35,112 bases of DNA, from contig JAPEUG010000163.1 in the NCBI GenBank assembly GCA_026025795.1, positions 1 through 35,112 of the forward strand, written 5' to 3'. Of this stretch, positions 21,873-33,529 are shown one piece after another. Made by a program: the position numbers and the translations under genes. How positions within the stretch are numbered: position 1 is the first letter of the stretch; each line of letters begins with the position of its first letter. The stretch is from Thelocarpon superellum. Its lineage: Eukaryota. Under the pieces are notes generated by a model. That model saw only the letters and a program-made list of their open reading frames with translations, ran no database searches and was not told the DNA's origin.

Positions 21873-23497
21873 TCAAAACACTGTCAAACATGAGACTGTG
21901 CCGCTCTTCAATACTTCAAAGATCAGACCCGGAAAGCCAAAGAGCTCCGTATTCCCCAACGCAAGTTCGGCGTCCGCGGAACCATCGCCGACCGCTTTGC
22001 GTCGACCGCGCGCATTCTCCTCCCATCCCCCGAGGAGCTCGCAGCTGCTCCCTGGGCTGTCACCCCATCCTCGGTTCAGGACCATACCCCTGTGCAGGCC
22101 GCCGTCCGCCGTCTCGTCGTCGGACGTTCCCTGCCACATGGAGCGAAGGTGAGAGGCAATCTCGTCAAACTTCATCTCCGAGTCCACCGACTCCGTACCC
22201 GCGGTGGGCGGGAGGTGTTCTATCGACCACCGAATCCTACGGTGCCGGTTGAAGGGGTATGATCCGGGAACGTTCGCGTGAAGGAGGACTTTGGTCGCCG
22301 TGAGATGGTTCGACGCGAGAAATTCGGTTGGTGTGGCGGGCGGGGACATGGGCCACGGAGGAGAGGGTGCCGTCGGGGCGGAGACGAACACGTCGAACCC
22401 GTGATGGAAGTAGTTGTAGAAGCATTCGGTCGCTGTCATGTCATCCACGCCACCATGCCTCGGCTGACCCTCGTTGTCAGAGCCGTCCGTTGCCGACGAA
22501 GCTTCCGTGTCAGTCAGCTCCGCCGGACCGTTAGCAGGTAAGGCGGGCCAGAGATTTGGACCCGTCGCCGGAGTCAGGGCGCGGTGGATGGTGAGTCGCC
22601 GGTCATTCTTGCGATAGATGGCGTCGGGTGGTCCCAGCTCCGCCACCAGGTCTTGCGGCGTCGTCTGGCTCAAGACAATGACGAAAGGCGTGCCCGAGCG
22701 ACGAACGACTTCAATGCGACCGCCACCACGGATCTTGACCATGTCACTCTCATCAGCTCGACCATCCACGCCACGAGCCGTGGAAGAGAGCGAGCGGGGA
22801 TTCGGCGGTTCGCGGGTGAACAGCTCCGTGCGGGCTTCGGGCCAAGAGGAGCCGTTGAAGATGGCCATTGACACGGCCGGAGCTGCAGCCGACGACGACA
22901 GGAGGGAGACAAAGTCCACATCGGGCGACCAGGCGGAGTTCCGTAGCGGAAAGGAGAAGGCAATGCCTGGGTACGAGAGCACATACGTCCCATACTCCGA
23001 CGTCTCTCTGGCTGGCGGAGCAATATACTCGCCCGGAAAGGTGGGGCCGAAGAGTCGACTGTAGACGTGCCGAAAGGTGGGCCCGGTCGGCTCCTTGCTT
23101 AGCTCCTCTGCTGTGGGTGGAGCCTCGGGTGAGAGTTTGACGATCTCGGTGTTCTTGTAGCTCAGCCGGTGCTTGGTAAAGTCCAGGACTTCAATGAGTC
23201 GGAGTCGTTGATCCGGCCCGTCGAAGCGAAGTCGGAAGCCATTGGCGGGGAGCGTGACTAGTACAGCGGATAAGACAGGCTCCGTCGCGGAGTAGGAGAG
23301 GTCGAGTTTGGGGTAGATCTGGGGCTGGGCCTTGAGTCGGCCGAGGAGATCATGAAGCGAGGCCCCGAGCACTGTGGCAATCAGCGACGCTCCCAAAGGG
23401 ATTCTCCCCCTGGGGTGCCCCCCATAGCTCCTAACTCACCGATGGATCCCCAGCCCCGGTTTGGTACCACCTGGGCAGGTGCGGTGTTGACGGCCAT
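21873..23497 (-). CDS. UPF0183 / PHAF1 (C16orf70)-like protein
   Basis: MAVNTAPAQVVPNRGWGSI joins VLGASLHDLL across intron 23372-23439. Family-like motifs: GFRLRFDGPDQRLRLIEV, LFGPTFPG, LSYPGIAFSF, TPQDLVAELGPP, FYNYFHHGFD, KVLLHANVPGSYPFNRHRR, LFGFPGLIFEV. Confidence 0.88.
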
Positions 23498-23588
23498 CAA
23501 GACACTAAGCACTCTTTCCCTTGGCAGGGATGGGTGCCAGGAGGATGGAGTAGCGGCGGTCGGCGGCCTAGTGATGCCTGGCCATCAG

Positions 23589-23928
23589 TATATATACGCC
23601 TCAGCCTCCTCCTCCTCCTCCAACTGGACCAGTCAGGATCGTGAGGCAGAGGGCGGCTTCAGCTGACCGGCAAGTATCTAAGCCGCTTGATCTATCGCGG
23701 CTCAGCCGGACGCGTGAAGGTCAAGATGACTGCCCCTCGTCAGTCGGCCTTCGTCACTTGTCACCCGAGATCACTCACTGGTCCAAGAATGGTCTAGCGG
23801 GACGTTATTGCGAAACGGGCGTAGCGTGATCTGTAGCGGGGTGGGCAGGTGCAGCTTGGCCGTCAGCTCCTGCTGCGGGTGTGTGGTTGGCGAGTTTTGG
23901 CGTGCGCCGGGATTGTTTGGTTGTTTAC
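23589..23928. promoter_or_regulatory. Divergent promoter region with TATATATA (23589-23596), MCB ACGCGT (23710-23715) and forkhead-type TGTTTAC (23922-23928)
   Basis: Motifs read directly. They fit a cell-cycle regulated kinesin-5, but short motifs also arise by chance. Confidence 0.35.
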
Positions 23929-24259
23929 CCGGTTAGATCACGGATGATGGACTTTAGGCCGGGATTCGGCGGAATCAGATCACTCATCACAGACGAACTG
24001 GCAGTTGCTCGGCGACTTCATCACGACTTCATCGCAAACTCTTCATCCGTCATCATCGCAGCCTGCTTCAGACTCGGCTCCAATACCGCGTTAGTACCAT
24101 CGCATGTGCTAGGAAGCCCGGCTCTCGTCATCCTTCGACCATCATCCCACCGTGGTACCGTCATCCGCTCATCGTGAACAAGGTCTGCGGTCCCCCCATC
24201 TCATCGCTGCGGCTGTTGGGTCCCTGTGAGGCCACCGAGGCTCCCGTGGCCCAGCGGTG

Positions 24260-27200
24260 ATGCCCGCCCACTCCCGGCGAAATGCCGCTCTTCCCGCGCT
24301 CAAGACATCCACCTCAACCCGGGCTCAGCGCACCCGCGATACTCGCCCGTCCTTGACTCGTACGCAAACCCTCGCCGCCTCGAGCTCCATCTATGGCCGC
24401 TCTCGCCACGGCAATGCCTCATCTCCGCGGCCCGTCTCGCGCAGCACCTCTCGCACTCGCACTCCTTCCCGCAAGCTAAGAGACTCCGACGCGTCGTCCT
24501 CAGAGGAGACCAACATCCGGGTCGTCGTGCGATGCCGCGGCCGCAGCGACCGCGAGGTTCGCGAGAACAGCGGCGTGGTTCTCTCCACCGACGGCCTGCG
24601 TGGAAAAACCGTCGAGCTCACCATGGGCCCCAGTGCCCTCGGCAACAAGACCTACACGTTTGACAACGTCTTCTCGCCTGCCGCCGATCAGTACATGATC
24701 TACGACGACGTAGTCAAGCCGATGCTGCACGAGATGCTCGCCGGCTATAACTGTACCATCTTCGCCTATGGCCAGACGGGCACCGGCAAGACCTACACCA
24801 TGTCTGGCGACATGTCCGACACCTTGGGCCTCGTCTCCGACGCGGCCGGTATCATCCCGCGCGTCCTCGACAGCCTCTTCAGCACGCTCGAGGCCGATGG
24901 CGCCGAGAGCTCCGTCAAGGTCTCCTTCATCGAGCTCTACAACGAGGAGCTACGCGACCTTCTCTCGGCCGAGGAGAACAACAAGCTCAAGATCTACGAG
25001 GAGACGGGTAAGAAGGGCCACGGCGCCACCCTGGTCCAAGGCATGGAAGAGTCGCACATCAAGACGGCCATCGAAGGCGTCAAGCTCCTCGGCGATGGCA
25101 GCCACAAACGCCAGGTCGCGGCCACCAAGTGCAACGACCTCAGCAGTCGCAGCCACACCGTGTTCACCATCACAGCGTACATCAAACGCACCAACGAGGA
25201 CGGCGAAGAGTACGTCAGCGCCGGCAAGCTCAACCTCGTCGATCTCGCCGGCAGCGAAAACATCCAGCGCAGCGGCGCCGAGAACAAGCGCGCCGCCGAA
25301 GCCGGGCTCATCAACAAGAGCTTGCTGACCCTCGGCCGCGTCATCAACGCCTTGGTGGATCGGGGCTCGCACATCCCCTACCGCGAGTCCAAACTCACCC
25401 GCATCCTGCAGGACTCACTCGGCGGCCGCACAAAGACGTGCATCATCGCCACCGTGTCCCCGGCCAAGAGCAACCTCGAGGAGACCATCTCCACTCTCGA
25501 TTATGCGTTCCGCGCCAAGAACATTCGCAACAAACCCCAGGTCAATCAGCTCATCTCGAAGAAGACGGTGCTGCGTGAATACACCGAGGAGATCCAGAAG
25601 CTCAAGTCCGAGTTGATCGCCACTCGCCAGCGCAATGGCGTCTATCTGACGTCCGAGGACTTTGAGCAACTCACGGGCGAGAATGAGTCGCGTCGCATCC
25701 TCAGCGAGGAGCAAAGAACCAAGCTCGAGATGATGGACCACAACCTGCGCAACAAGGTGCAGGAGCTCTTCGCCATGACCACCAACTACACCGCCCTGAA
25801 GAAGGACAACGACGAGACCAGGGTCGTGTTGGACAACACCGAAACCCGCCTGCACCATACCGAGGCCGTCTTGACCACCACCCGCAACGAGCTCGCCGAA
25901 CAGACGGCGATGAAGGAGGCTCATCAGCGGACCGAGGAGCAGCTGGCTGATATCGGTGAAAAGTTAGTTGCCACCGTGGACCAGACCGTGGCCGACCTCG
26001 GCGGCCTTCAACATAAGCTCGATCGCAACGCGGAGCTGCACGCGGAGCATCGGGACGTGTGGACCCACTCGCAGGAGCGCGTGTCCGATGTCACCACTGC
26101 TCTCGAGTCACGCCTGCGCGGCTTTCGCGCCCTGCAAGACACGCTGCTTGCTGACATGTCCGTCAAGATGTGCGCGTTTGTCAAGGAGGAATATGATGAG
26201 CTGACCACGAAGACGAACGCGCTTGACGCGCACCGGCTCGCATGGGAGAACGGCGAGTCCGAGATGGTGGGCCAGAGCGAGGCCTCCCGGGAGCGTCTGG
26301 ACGACGTCTTGGATGAGATCAGAACGGTCCGCGAAGACGTGAAGCAGCGCATTGCCGAGGGACTCAACGGCCTGTCGGTCGCCGCCGCACGCATTTCCGC
26401 TGAGGTGATGCACGAGCTGGATGACTTCAAAGCGCAGGTGCGAGAGCCCGGGCCGTCTCATCGCTTGACCGTTGACTGACCGTGGGCAACAGTTACACCA
26501 ATCGTACGGCACGCTCGGCGAGGAGTTCAGGTGCACGTTTGAAAGCTTGATGGAGCGTGTGCACACGCAAAGGCACGAGGCCGAAGGACTCCGAAGCGCG
26601 CTGGACGCAGCCAGCGCGGCGGCCATGGACGCCAACGCCGCGGCCTCGGCGCGACTCGACCAAGTCCTCATTGACGAGCGACAACAGGCCGCGCGGGAGC
26701 GGGCCCAGCTTCTTTCGCAGATCGGCGCACTGATCAACGCCTCGGGCGAGGCGCAAGACTCCCGCGTCACCTCGAAGATCGGTGCCATCCAAGACGAGGT
26801 ATCGACGGCTACGACGACCTTCAAGACCGCCCACTCGCGCTTCGGTCGGGGCATGGACGACTGGGCCGAGCAAGAAGACAGCCTGGCTGCGGCGGCGCAC
26901 TTGTCCCGCCAGACCGTGGAAAGCCAGCTCCAGCGGTGCTGGGCCACGGCGGACGAGCAACACTCGTCCATTCAAGCGACGACGGCGGCCATCCATGCCG
27001 AGACGGTGCGCCTCGTCGACGCCCAGACCGCGGACGTGGGTGTCCAGATGTCGGCTCTGGATGCCCACGTCGCGCGCGCCAAGGCGGAGGTGGAGGGGCG
27101 CCACCAGGCTCAGCGGGAGCTGGTGGCGCGGGTGGGCGCCGGCGTGAGCCGGTCATACGTGGACGTCGGCGACGTCAACGGCGCCACGTATGACCGGCTC

Positions 27201-27752
27201 AACGTGATGTGCGCCCACGTGAAGGAGCACGCGGCCGCCATCGAGCGGTCTCTCGGGCCGCTCGAGCCCGACATGTGCCAGCGCCTGGCTGATCTCCGGG
27301 GGGAGGTGGGCACGGCTCCCTTACGGGAGTATGTGCCGACGGGGTCGACGCCGCCGAGGCGGCAGTTTTACTGCCCCTCGGCGCTCCCTCGCACCAACCC
27401 CCGGGTGGTCAGCGGGGCTGGTCAGAAGCGGGCGGCCAGCCCCCTCTCGTCGCCCACCGGCCGGACTCCGTCCGGCCCCAGCGTGGTCTTCTCCGACGAA
27501 GAGGGGGCTGCCGCGCCGCTCGCGCCGTCGCCGGAGGAGAACCCCGGCCTGCGCGAGGTAGATGTGAACGTGGAGGGGGCGCGGTCGACGTCAGGCGACT
27601 CGGCCGTCTCCCTCCCGTCACATCTCGAGGAGCTGGCCCCTCCTCTGAAGCGTCAGCGCCGGGGGGACCCTCGGGCGACGGCGCGGGCGGCCGGCCGCGG
27701 CCGGCCGGAGCTCCGGGAGGGCGGTGGCCGAATCGCGAGTGCATACCCGTGA
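24260..27752 (+). CDS. bimC: Kinesin-5 (BimC/Cut7/Eg5 family) mitotic motor
   Basis: Motor domain with NIRVVVRCRG, GYNCTIFAYGQTGTGKT, SSRSH, LVDLAGSE and HIPYRESKLT; long coiled coil; BimC box YVPTGSTPPRRQF. One intron at 26438-26492. Confidence 0.97.
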
Positions 27753-28129
27753 TTTGTGCCGCGTCTCCCGGGGTGACCAGGCCGCTGCGGTCGCCGTGCG
27801 GGTGGCGGTGCGCGTGCTCACGGGGGGGGAAGGAGGTGGAGAAGAAGGGATGGGGCGAGGAGGCGGCAGGGCTTCCTCTTGTTTACTTTTCTTTAATGTC
27901 GGGTGGAAGGTCGGGGACATGGCCGTTCTCAACGGCGTGTCCCCGGCCTTCTCCCGGGCTTGAGGGCGCAAGCGGGCGGAGTTGGGGTGGGTGAACGGGT
28001 GGCGGGGCTCGGGCACGGGGCCCGGGCCCGGATAGAGAAGCATTAGTACCATGTGGGTCTTTGTTTTGTTTTTTTGGTGTACCGTTCTTATTCTTAGCCA
28101 CTCCACATGCAGCGGCCGCCATTCCTGCA

Positions 28130-28951
28130 TCACCGCTGCATCACCTTCCGCAGCACCTCCATGCGCCGCTCAAAGTCGGCCAGTAGATCATGCATCTCCT
28201 CTCCGCCACTTGCATCGTCCACGGCAGTCCGCGGCACCCCTGTCCCTTCTATCCTCAACATCAGTCCGTTACTCCCGGCACCACTCGCCGGTCTGCCCGC
28301 TGCCCCACCCATCCCCTCTGTCGATCGTCCACCTACCCCCTCCGCCGACCGTCCCGCCCCCCCTCCCACTCCTCCCCCTCCATCACCATCCCACGTCGGC
28401 GCACTGGTCACATCCACCCCGATCACCTGCCAGTCCGTCGACAAGCTATGCGCAGCCGTGACGGCATCGCCTGTGGCATTGAGGTCCAGCACCAGATACC
28501 GCTCTTGTGGCTGTGCGAGACCATCATGCAATGACGCCGACACGCTGCTGGAGGAGGTCCCGGGTGCGTGTGCGTGTGCTTGTCCCTGTCCGTCCAACGG
28601 CGGCGGTGGAGAGGGTGAGAGCGCTCGTAGCGCCGCATGCGTCATCAGATCGGTGTCATCGTCTGAGAAGACGTAGTGGACATTGGGGTGATGGTGCGTG
28701 GAGGTCGAGACGTCTTCGATGAGCGTGAAGAAGGGCATGAATGGTGGTCGGGGTGCGTTTGCGCGTGGTACTGCGTGCGTGGATGAGCCGTCGTTGTCGT
28801 CGCCGTCGCCGGGGGATCGTGGCTCGTCGGCGAATGGGGAGGGAAGGAGGGTCTTGGATGCCGGCGAGGTTGCGGACATGGGGGCAGGCTCGAGGAGAGT
28901 GTGGGATTGCTCGAAGGCTGCTCCTGAGCCTCGCCGACGTGGGTCGGCCAT
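28130..28951 (-). CDS. Conserved fungal protein, probable divergent Atg31-like autophagy subunit
   Basis: Single-exon 273-aa ORF. Blocks FFTLIED, HPNVHYVFSDDD, ERYLVLDL, HSLSTDWQVI, LMLRIEG and MHDLLADFERRMEVL follow the order of blocks I recall in yeast Atg31. The ORF is solid, the name tentative. Confidence 0.75.
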   Translation of the reverse strand: MADPRRRGSGAAFEQSHTLLEPAPMSATSPASKTLLPSPFADEPRSPGDGDDNDGSSTHAVPRANAPRPPFMPFFTLIEDVSTSTHHHPNVHYVFSDDDTDLMTHAALRALSPSPPPPLDGQGQAHAHAPGTSSSSVSASLHDGLAQPQERYLVLDLNATGDAVTAAHSLSTDWQVIGVDVTSAPTWDGDGGGGVGGGAGRSAEGVGGRSTEGMGGAAGRPASGAGSNGLMLRIEGTGVPRTAVDDASGGEEMHDLLADFERRMEVLRKVMQR

Positions 28952-30401
28952 TCTCCGCGCCGGGGAACTCTGGGTGCCGGCCCGCCAGCGGAGGAAAACG
29001 GGGAGGGTTGGCTTCGATGCAGTAGGTTCGAGTTGAAGCTTGGTCTGCTGATTGTCGACCTCTTATCTTATCGCCACGTGAGCTCGCGTAACCCGCGCGT
29101 CGGAAAACGCCCGATCCAGGTTTGGGCCCGCCCCGACAACAATCGCATTCTGGCCCGCCGCTCGCCGCCTTCCACTGCGGTCCGCGAGACACGAAGGTCC
29201 GAAGCACAGGGCGGTCCGTCGCTGCCCTAACCTGGACAAGCGCCCTGCTTACGCTGATATGCCACGAAGGGACACTGCCGTCCAATCCTCGACGTCCGAT
29301 GACTCTCTCTCCCGTCTCGCCAAAGTATCTATTCTTTCAAAGGTACAGATCTTCTCTCCTCTTCTCCTACCATGTCTTGTTCTCTCCCCGTCATCATAAT
29401 CATGATGATGATGACGTACATTTCCGTTCTAGCAGCTTTGCAAGTCCAAGAGTCTGCACACGAAGATTCCTCTGAACCAGTCCCGAAGACCGCTCACGCA
29501 CTCCCCTCTTCGCTCTTCGAGGTCGGCGTCGTTGAAGGGACCTCCACAGTAGGAAAGTGATCGATGATGACGATATCCGAGCCGGTCGGGGACTGCTCGC
29601 GCGGCCAGGATCGCCATTCGCCGCACATTGTGATGCTGTGAGCGTGCCGAATGATGATGTGGTCGAGATGGTGTAGTGTGGGGCAGGCTGGATCCGAGAC
29701 TGCTGGACGGTCCGCACGGCTACCTCGGCTTCTGCACACACGTGTACGGTCCCGCCAATAACACAGCCAGCACCACCAGTCAGTCATCGTCGTCGTCGTC
29801 GACCTCGATGACCTCGACATCTCCGTCTACCGTCCCGGTCCCTGTAAGCTGTCGCACCGTCGCATTCCGAACCATCCTACTTACATTGGCAAGGTGACCA
29901 GTACAGTCAAAGGAATTGCGCCATCTCAACGATTTCCGGTTGTCCTTCCTGGCGTCGCGTCTGTCCTAGTCATTGTCATCATCATCGCATAGGCTAGAAT
30001 TGTCCATACGGTATCGGGATGTCCAACAGTAGCGGATCTAGTGGAGGATGCCTTGGGTCGAGCACCAGCCAAGTACCTTCCACAAATCAGCAAAGCGGCT
30101 CCTCACGAGATACTCAATCGCAGTACTATTTGGATCTTGTCAATGCCAGTAGCAATGTCATGGAATGTTCGCACCCGGACTTCTGCTGGTTACTCCACTA
30201 GTCGGCACCCCCAACCGAGCTGTAGGGTAGCAAGAAGGCAGAAACACTGCGTCACGGCATTACAGATCAAGCTGTATCAGGAGAGGAGGTCTCTGTACAA
30301 ATTGGTGCTTTACAGAGGATATCGATACATTCATTCAGAAGCGCGCCGCTCGCGCAGGGATATAACGCCGTTGCTCAACGCCCTGTGAACCCCAATCCCT
30401 G

Positions 30402-30832
30402 CTACTCCCCACTGCCTTTCCATTCAAACTCTGGAAAGGATGTCAGTGATTAGAAGACGCGGGGGATATGGGCGACAAACTCTGCCGGCACATGGGACAG
30501 AGCCCTTTGGCGGCTTCTTGATCGATCCATTTGACCAGACAATGCTGAAGGCGGATGAGAACCAGCGCGGCTGTGCTCACGGTCTTGTTCCAGACATATG
30601 ACGTACCATGTGAAAGGAATGGCCGCACTTGCCAATGACTGAGGGTCCCATGGTCAGTAGGCTGGCTCTTTGCTCGAGAGGTCGACCCACGTAGAGAGCA
30701 ATCGTCTCCTGGGTACTTGCACGTGGGACAGGTCCCATCGAACTGGACGCGACAGATGCCACACACGTCATCCTCGGGCATGTCCCATCGCCACGAGGCC
30801 ACTCCATTCCACTCTTTGATTCGGACCTTCAT
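30402..30832 (-). CDS. APC11: Anaphase-promoting complex subunit 11 (RING-H2)
   Basis: Splicing at 30639-30690, 30545-30606 and 30431-30480 gives MKVRIKEWNGVASWRWDMPEDDVCGICRVQFDGTCPTCKYPGDDCSLLIGKCGHSFHMHCLVKWIDQEAAKGLCPMCRQKFEWKGSGE. Confidence 0.96.
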
Positions 30833-31109
30833 ACTAAGGGAGGTGCGGGGGAAGAGGATGTTGGGGGAGGGGTGGGCGAGGGGCGGAGTTGGGCGATCGG
30901 CTGGCGGGGTGAAGCAAAGTACAGAGTGGCCGTGGTGGGGCAAAAGTGAAACCTATGCGAAGGCATACCCACGAGCACTCATCCTATCGCTCGCTCTCCA
31001 GCGTGGTATGCCGGTCTCCCTGCGCAACTTCCGCGCCCTTTGCTCTCTGCCCAATGTAACCCACTCAAACCCGTAGACCAGTCCAACCATCTCGTCTGTA
31101 TCACAGACG

Positions 31110-32210
31110 ATGGCGGCCTTGATACGGACCAGGCCAACATCGCTCAGCAAGACCCGAATGCTTTCTCGTCTGCACCAGCAACCCGCACGACGAAACATGT
31201 CGTCCTACCTCGTCACTCCCAAAGAGCTGTCCGATGCATTGGCCACGAACAAGCATGTGGCAGACTCATCGTCTCCACGCGTGATCCCGTTATGTGCCGC
31301 CTGGTTTCTCCCCAATGATAATCAGCAACGCACTGGCGCTTCCGTCTTTCGGAAACAGCATATCCCCACCTCACGTTTCTTTGATCTCGACGCCGTGAAA
31401 GACCATACCTCTCCGTACCCCCACATGTTACCCAACGCTGCCGACTTTGCCCAAGCGATGGGAGATTTAGGTATCAAGAAGGACGATAAGGTGGTCGTCT
31501 ACGATAGCGCCGAACTGGGCATCTTCAGTGCACCGCGGGCTGCCTGGACCCTGAGGGTGTTTGGCCACGGCCAGGTCCATGTACTCAACAACTTCCGTCT
31601 GTGGGTGGAGCAGGGATACCCTGTCGAGGCGGGCGAGATGGTCTCTTTCCCACGTGTACAATACCCCACACCTGATGTGGACCTCTCCGGCGTGGTCGCT
31701 TTTGACGTGATTCGTGAGGTGGCCCGTAAGGCCAAAGCGGACGGCACAGCGCAGGTCCAGATTCTTGACGCTCGGCCGCGCGGGAGATGGCATGGGACCG
31801 ACCCGGAGCCACGGCCTGGTGTGTCCGGGGAACCCTACCATCATACCCCAGGCTAACCGGTGCGCAGGTCTCTCGTCCGGACACATTCCCGGTTCGCTCA
31901 GCGTGCCCTTTTCGGATCTCTTGGACCCGTCCACCAAAACTCTTCGACCCGTGAACGAGCTGAAGAAAGTCTTCGAGCAGGCCGGTGTAGATCCGACGAA
32001 GCCCATCATCAGTAGCTGCGGTACGGGCGTCACGGCCGCCGTGATCGATGCTGCGCTGAATGAGGCCGGCTACGGGTCGCATCCGCTCTATGACGGCAGT
32101 TGGACGTAAGTCGCCCTTGACTTCTCGGGCTACCTGATCCCCGCTAAATCGCCGGTAGGGAATGGGCCCAACGGGTGACGGACGACGAAGGTCTGATTCA
32201 GAAGACCTGA
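31110..32210 (+). CDS. TUM1: 3-mercaptopyruvate/thiosulfate sulfurtransferase (double rhodanese)
   Basis: HIPTSRFFDLD, PHMLP, DKVVVYD, APRAAW, ILDARPRGR, SGHIPG, active loop SCGTGVTA and LYDGSWTEW. Introns 31819-31867 and 32106-32158; TGA at 32208-32210. Confidence 0.95.
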
Positions 32211-32241
32211 GACGACTCAAGAAAGATAGAGAGCAGATCTA

Positions 32242-33201
32242 CTACCCCGCGATCGACTCTGCTCCACCTCCGCTGTCCTCTCGGAGATCTGGAAGCCAGC
32301 CTGTGGGTCGTTCTCGACCTCGGATGATCATGCCGTATGCGGCATTTTCGACCTTTTCCACACACGTCTTCATCACCCCCATCTTCTGCTCCATCTCCTT
32401 TCCAAGTCCGGCATTCCGTCCACTCGAGGATGTGTCAAGGGACTCGAAGGCACTACGGAGTGAGCGTAAATCGGTCAAGATATCTCGACCTGCAGCATGC
32501 AAATCATGGCTCATGGAGTTCTTTGAACCCGCGGCAGCCGCTGGAGTGCTGCGCTGGGCACGAGGGAGTGAGCCCGAGGTGGCCATGGAGGTGATGGCAA
32601 AGCGCATCAATTCTCCGACCAGATCAAAGAGGCCTAGCACGTAGTCATCTTCCGTCAGCTGCACGCCGGCCGGGAGTCGCTGGTCAGCTTCGTCGAGGCT
32701 GATCAGACGCTGCGTGGTCAGGTAATGCTCCAACGACACCGCCTCAACGAACTCCTGGATGCCGCCGGAGATCTGACGCCGGTAACGCCACGCATTGATG
32801 CCGCGTACATCTTCTACGATCGACGTGAAGAGCTTCGCAATCGTAGCTGCCCGTTCGGCGTTCTCCGCCGCGATCGGCTTGGGGATCTGGCGGTGGAGGT
32901 GGCGTATTCTGTGTCGCTCAGATCAGGTTGGAAAGACAAGGAGACGAGGGCAAGGGTACCTTTGAAGAGAGAAGATCCTGCGCAACGGATGAGCATGGTA
33001 GTGGTGCGCACACGCTCCTCCAAGATCTCACATCTTCTTACTCAACGCGGTGATATCGCGTGCGGCTTTGATTGTCCGTTCGCGTCGATCGTGATGCTCG
33101 TCGAGCTCGTCCCGGAAGGCCTCGAACATGCTCATGTACGGGGACACCACGGTCGGCTCGTCCACCGGGCCTGAGTCGCGAGGTCGTTTGACGCCTGCCA
33201 T
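32242..33201 (-). CDS. TSNAX: Translin-associated factor X (TRAX; C3PO nuclease subunit)
   Basis: FRDELDEHHDRRERTIKAARDITALSKKMIFSLQR, IQEFVEA, DYVLGLFDLVGELMRFA and KVENAAY. Introns 32978-33031 and 32909-32959 flank an 18-nt microexon. Confidence 0.93.
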
Positions 33202-33529
33202 CGTGCCTCTTTATGAGACTCTGCACGCAAGGGACGTGGCGGTCCAGCGAATGGATCGAAGGAGTGAAGATGTCCGATGCCCAAGGCCCCATGTCGTCAA
33301 GTCAAGCGAATCAAGCTGGACGACACAACCTTCATCCGAGTCGGCCGAATCTCCGAACGAAAAGTACCTTCACACTACGATACGCTCCTTCAATGTAGCG
33401 TTCATCTCTCTGCTGAGCGACCAATCTCTGTAGCAATCTCCTGCCTCTCCTCGAGTGATATCTGTACAATCGACATTCGAGCTCCGTGCGCACCGTTTGG
33501 CCGAATGACTCGACATCGGCCGTGATTCG

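Noticed and set aside
24391..27744. Long antisense and alternate-frame ORFs over kinesin-5 (similar ones overlap IleRS and the WD40 gene)
   Set aside because: Shadow ORFs caused by strong GC3 codon bias in the real genes.
29020..29040. GGTTCGAGT B-box/tRNA T-loop-like motif
   Set aside because: The flanks cannot form a T-stem or cloverleaf.
29225..29232. CCCTAACC as a telomerase RNA template
   Set aside because: Only 8 nt, not the TAACCCTAA permutation I expect for filamentous ascomycetes, and no recognisable pseudoknot nearby.
29402..29475. Box C (ATGATGA) to box D (CTGA) spacing typical of a C/D snoRNA
   Set aside because: The C box is part of an ATG microsatellite, there is no terminal stem, and I could not recognise an rRNA-complementary guide. 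A snoscan run would settle it.
30019..30388. Small + strand ORFs (60 and 115 aa) downstream of APC11
   Set aside because: No recognisable motifs, codon bias or promoter features; likely antisense to the APC11 3' UTR.
12307..30832. Apparent functional clustering of spindle/cell-cycle genes (WD40, kinesin-5, APC11) or autophagy genes (PHAF1-like, Atg31-like)
   Set aside because: They are interspersed with unrelated housekeeping genes, and I saw no shared regulatory signature.
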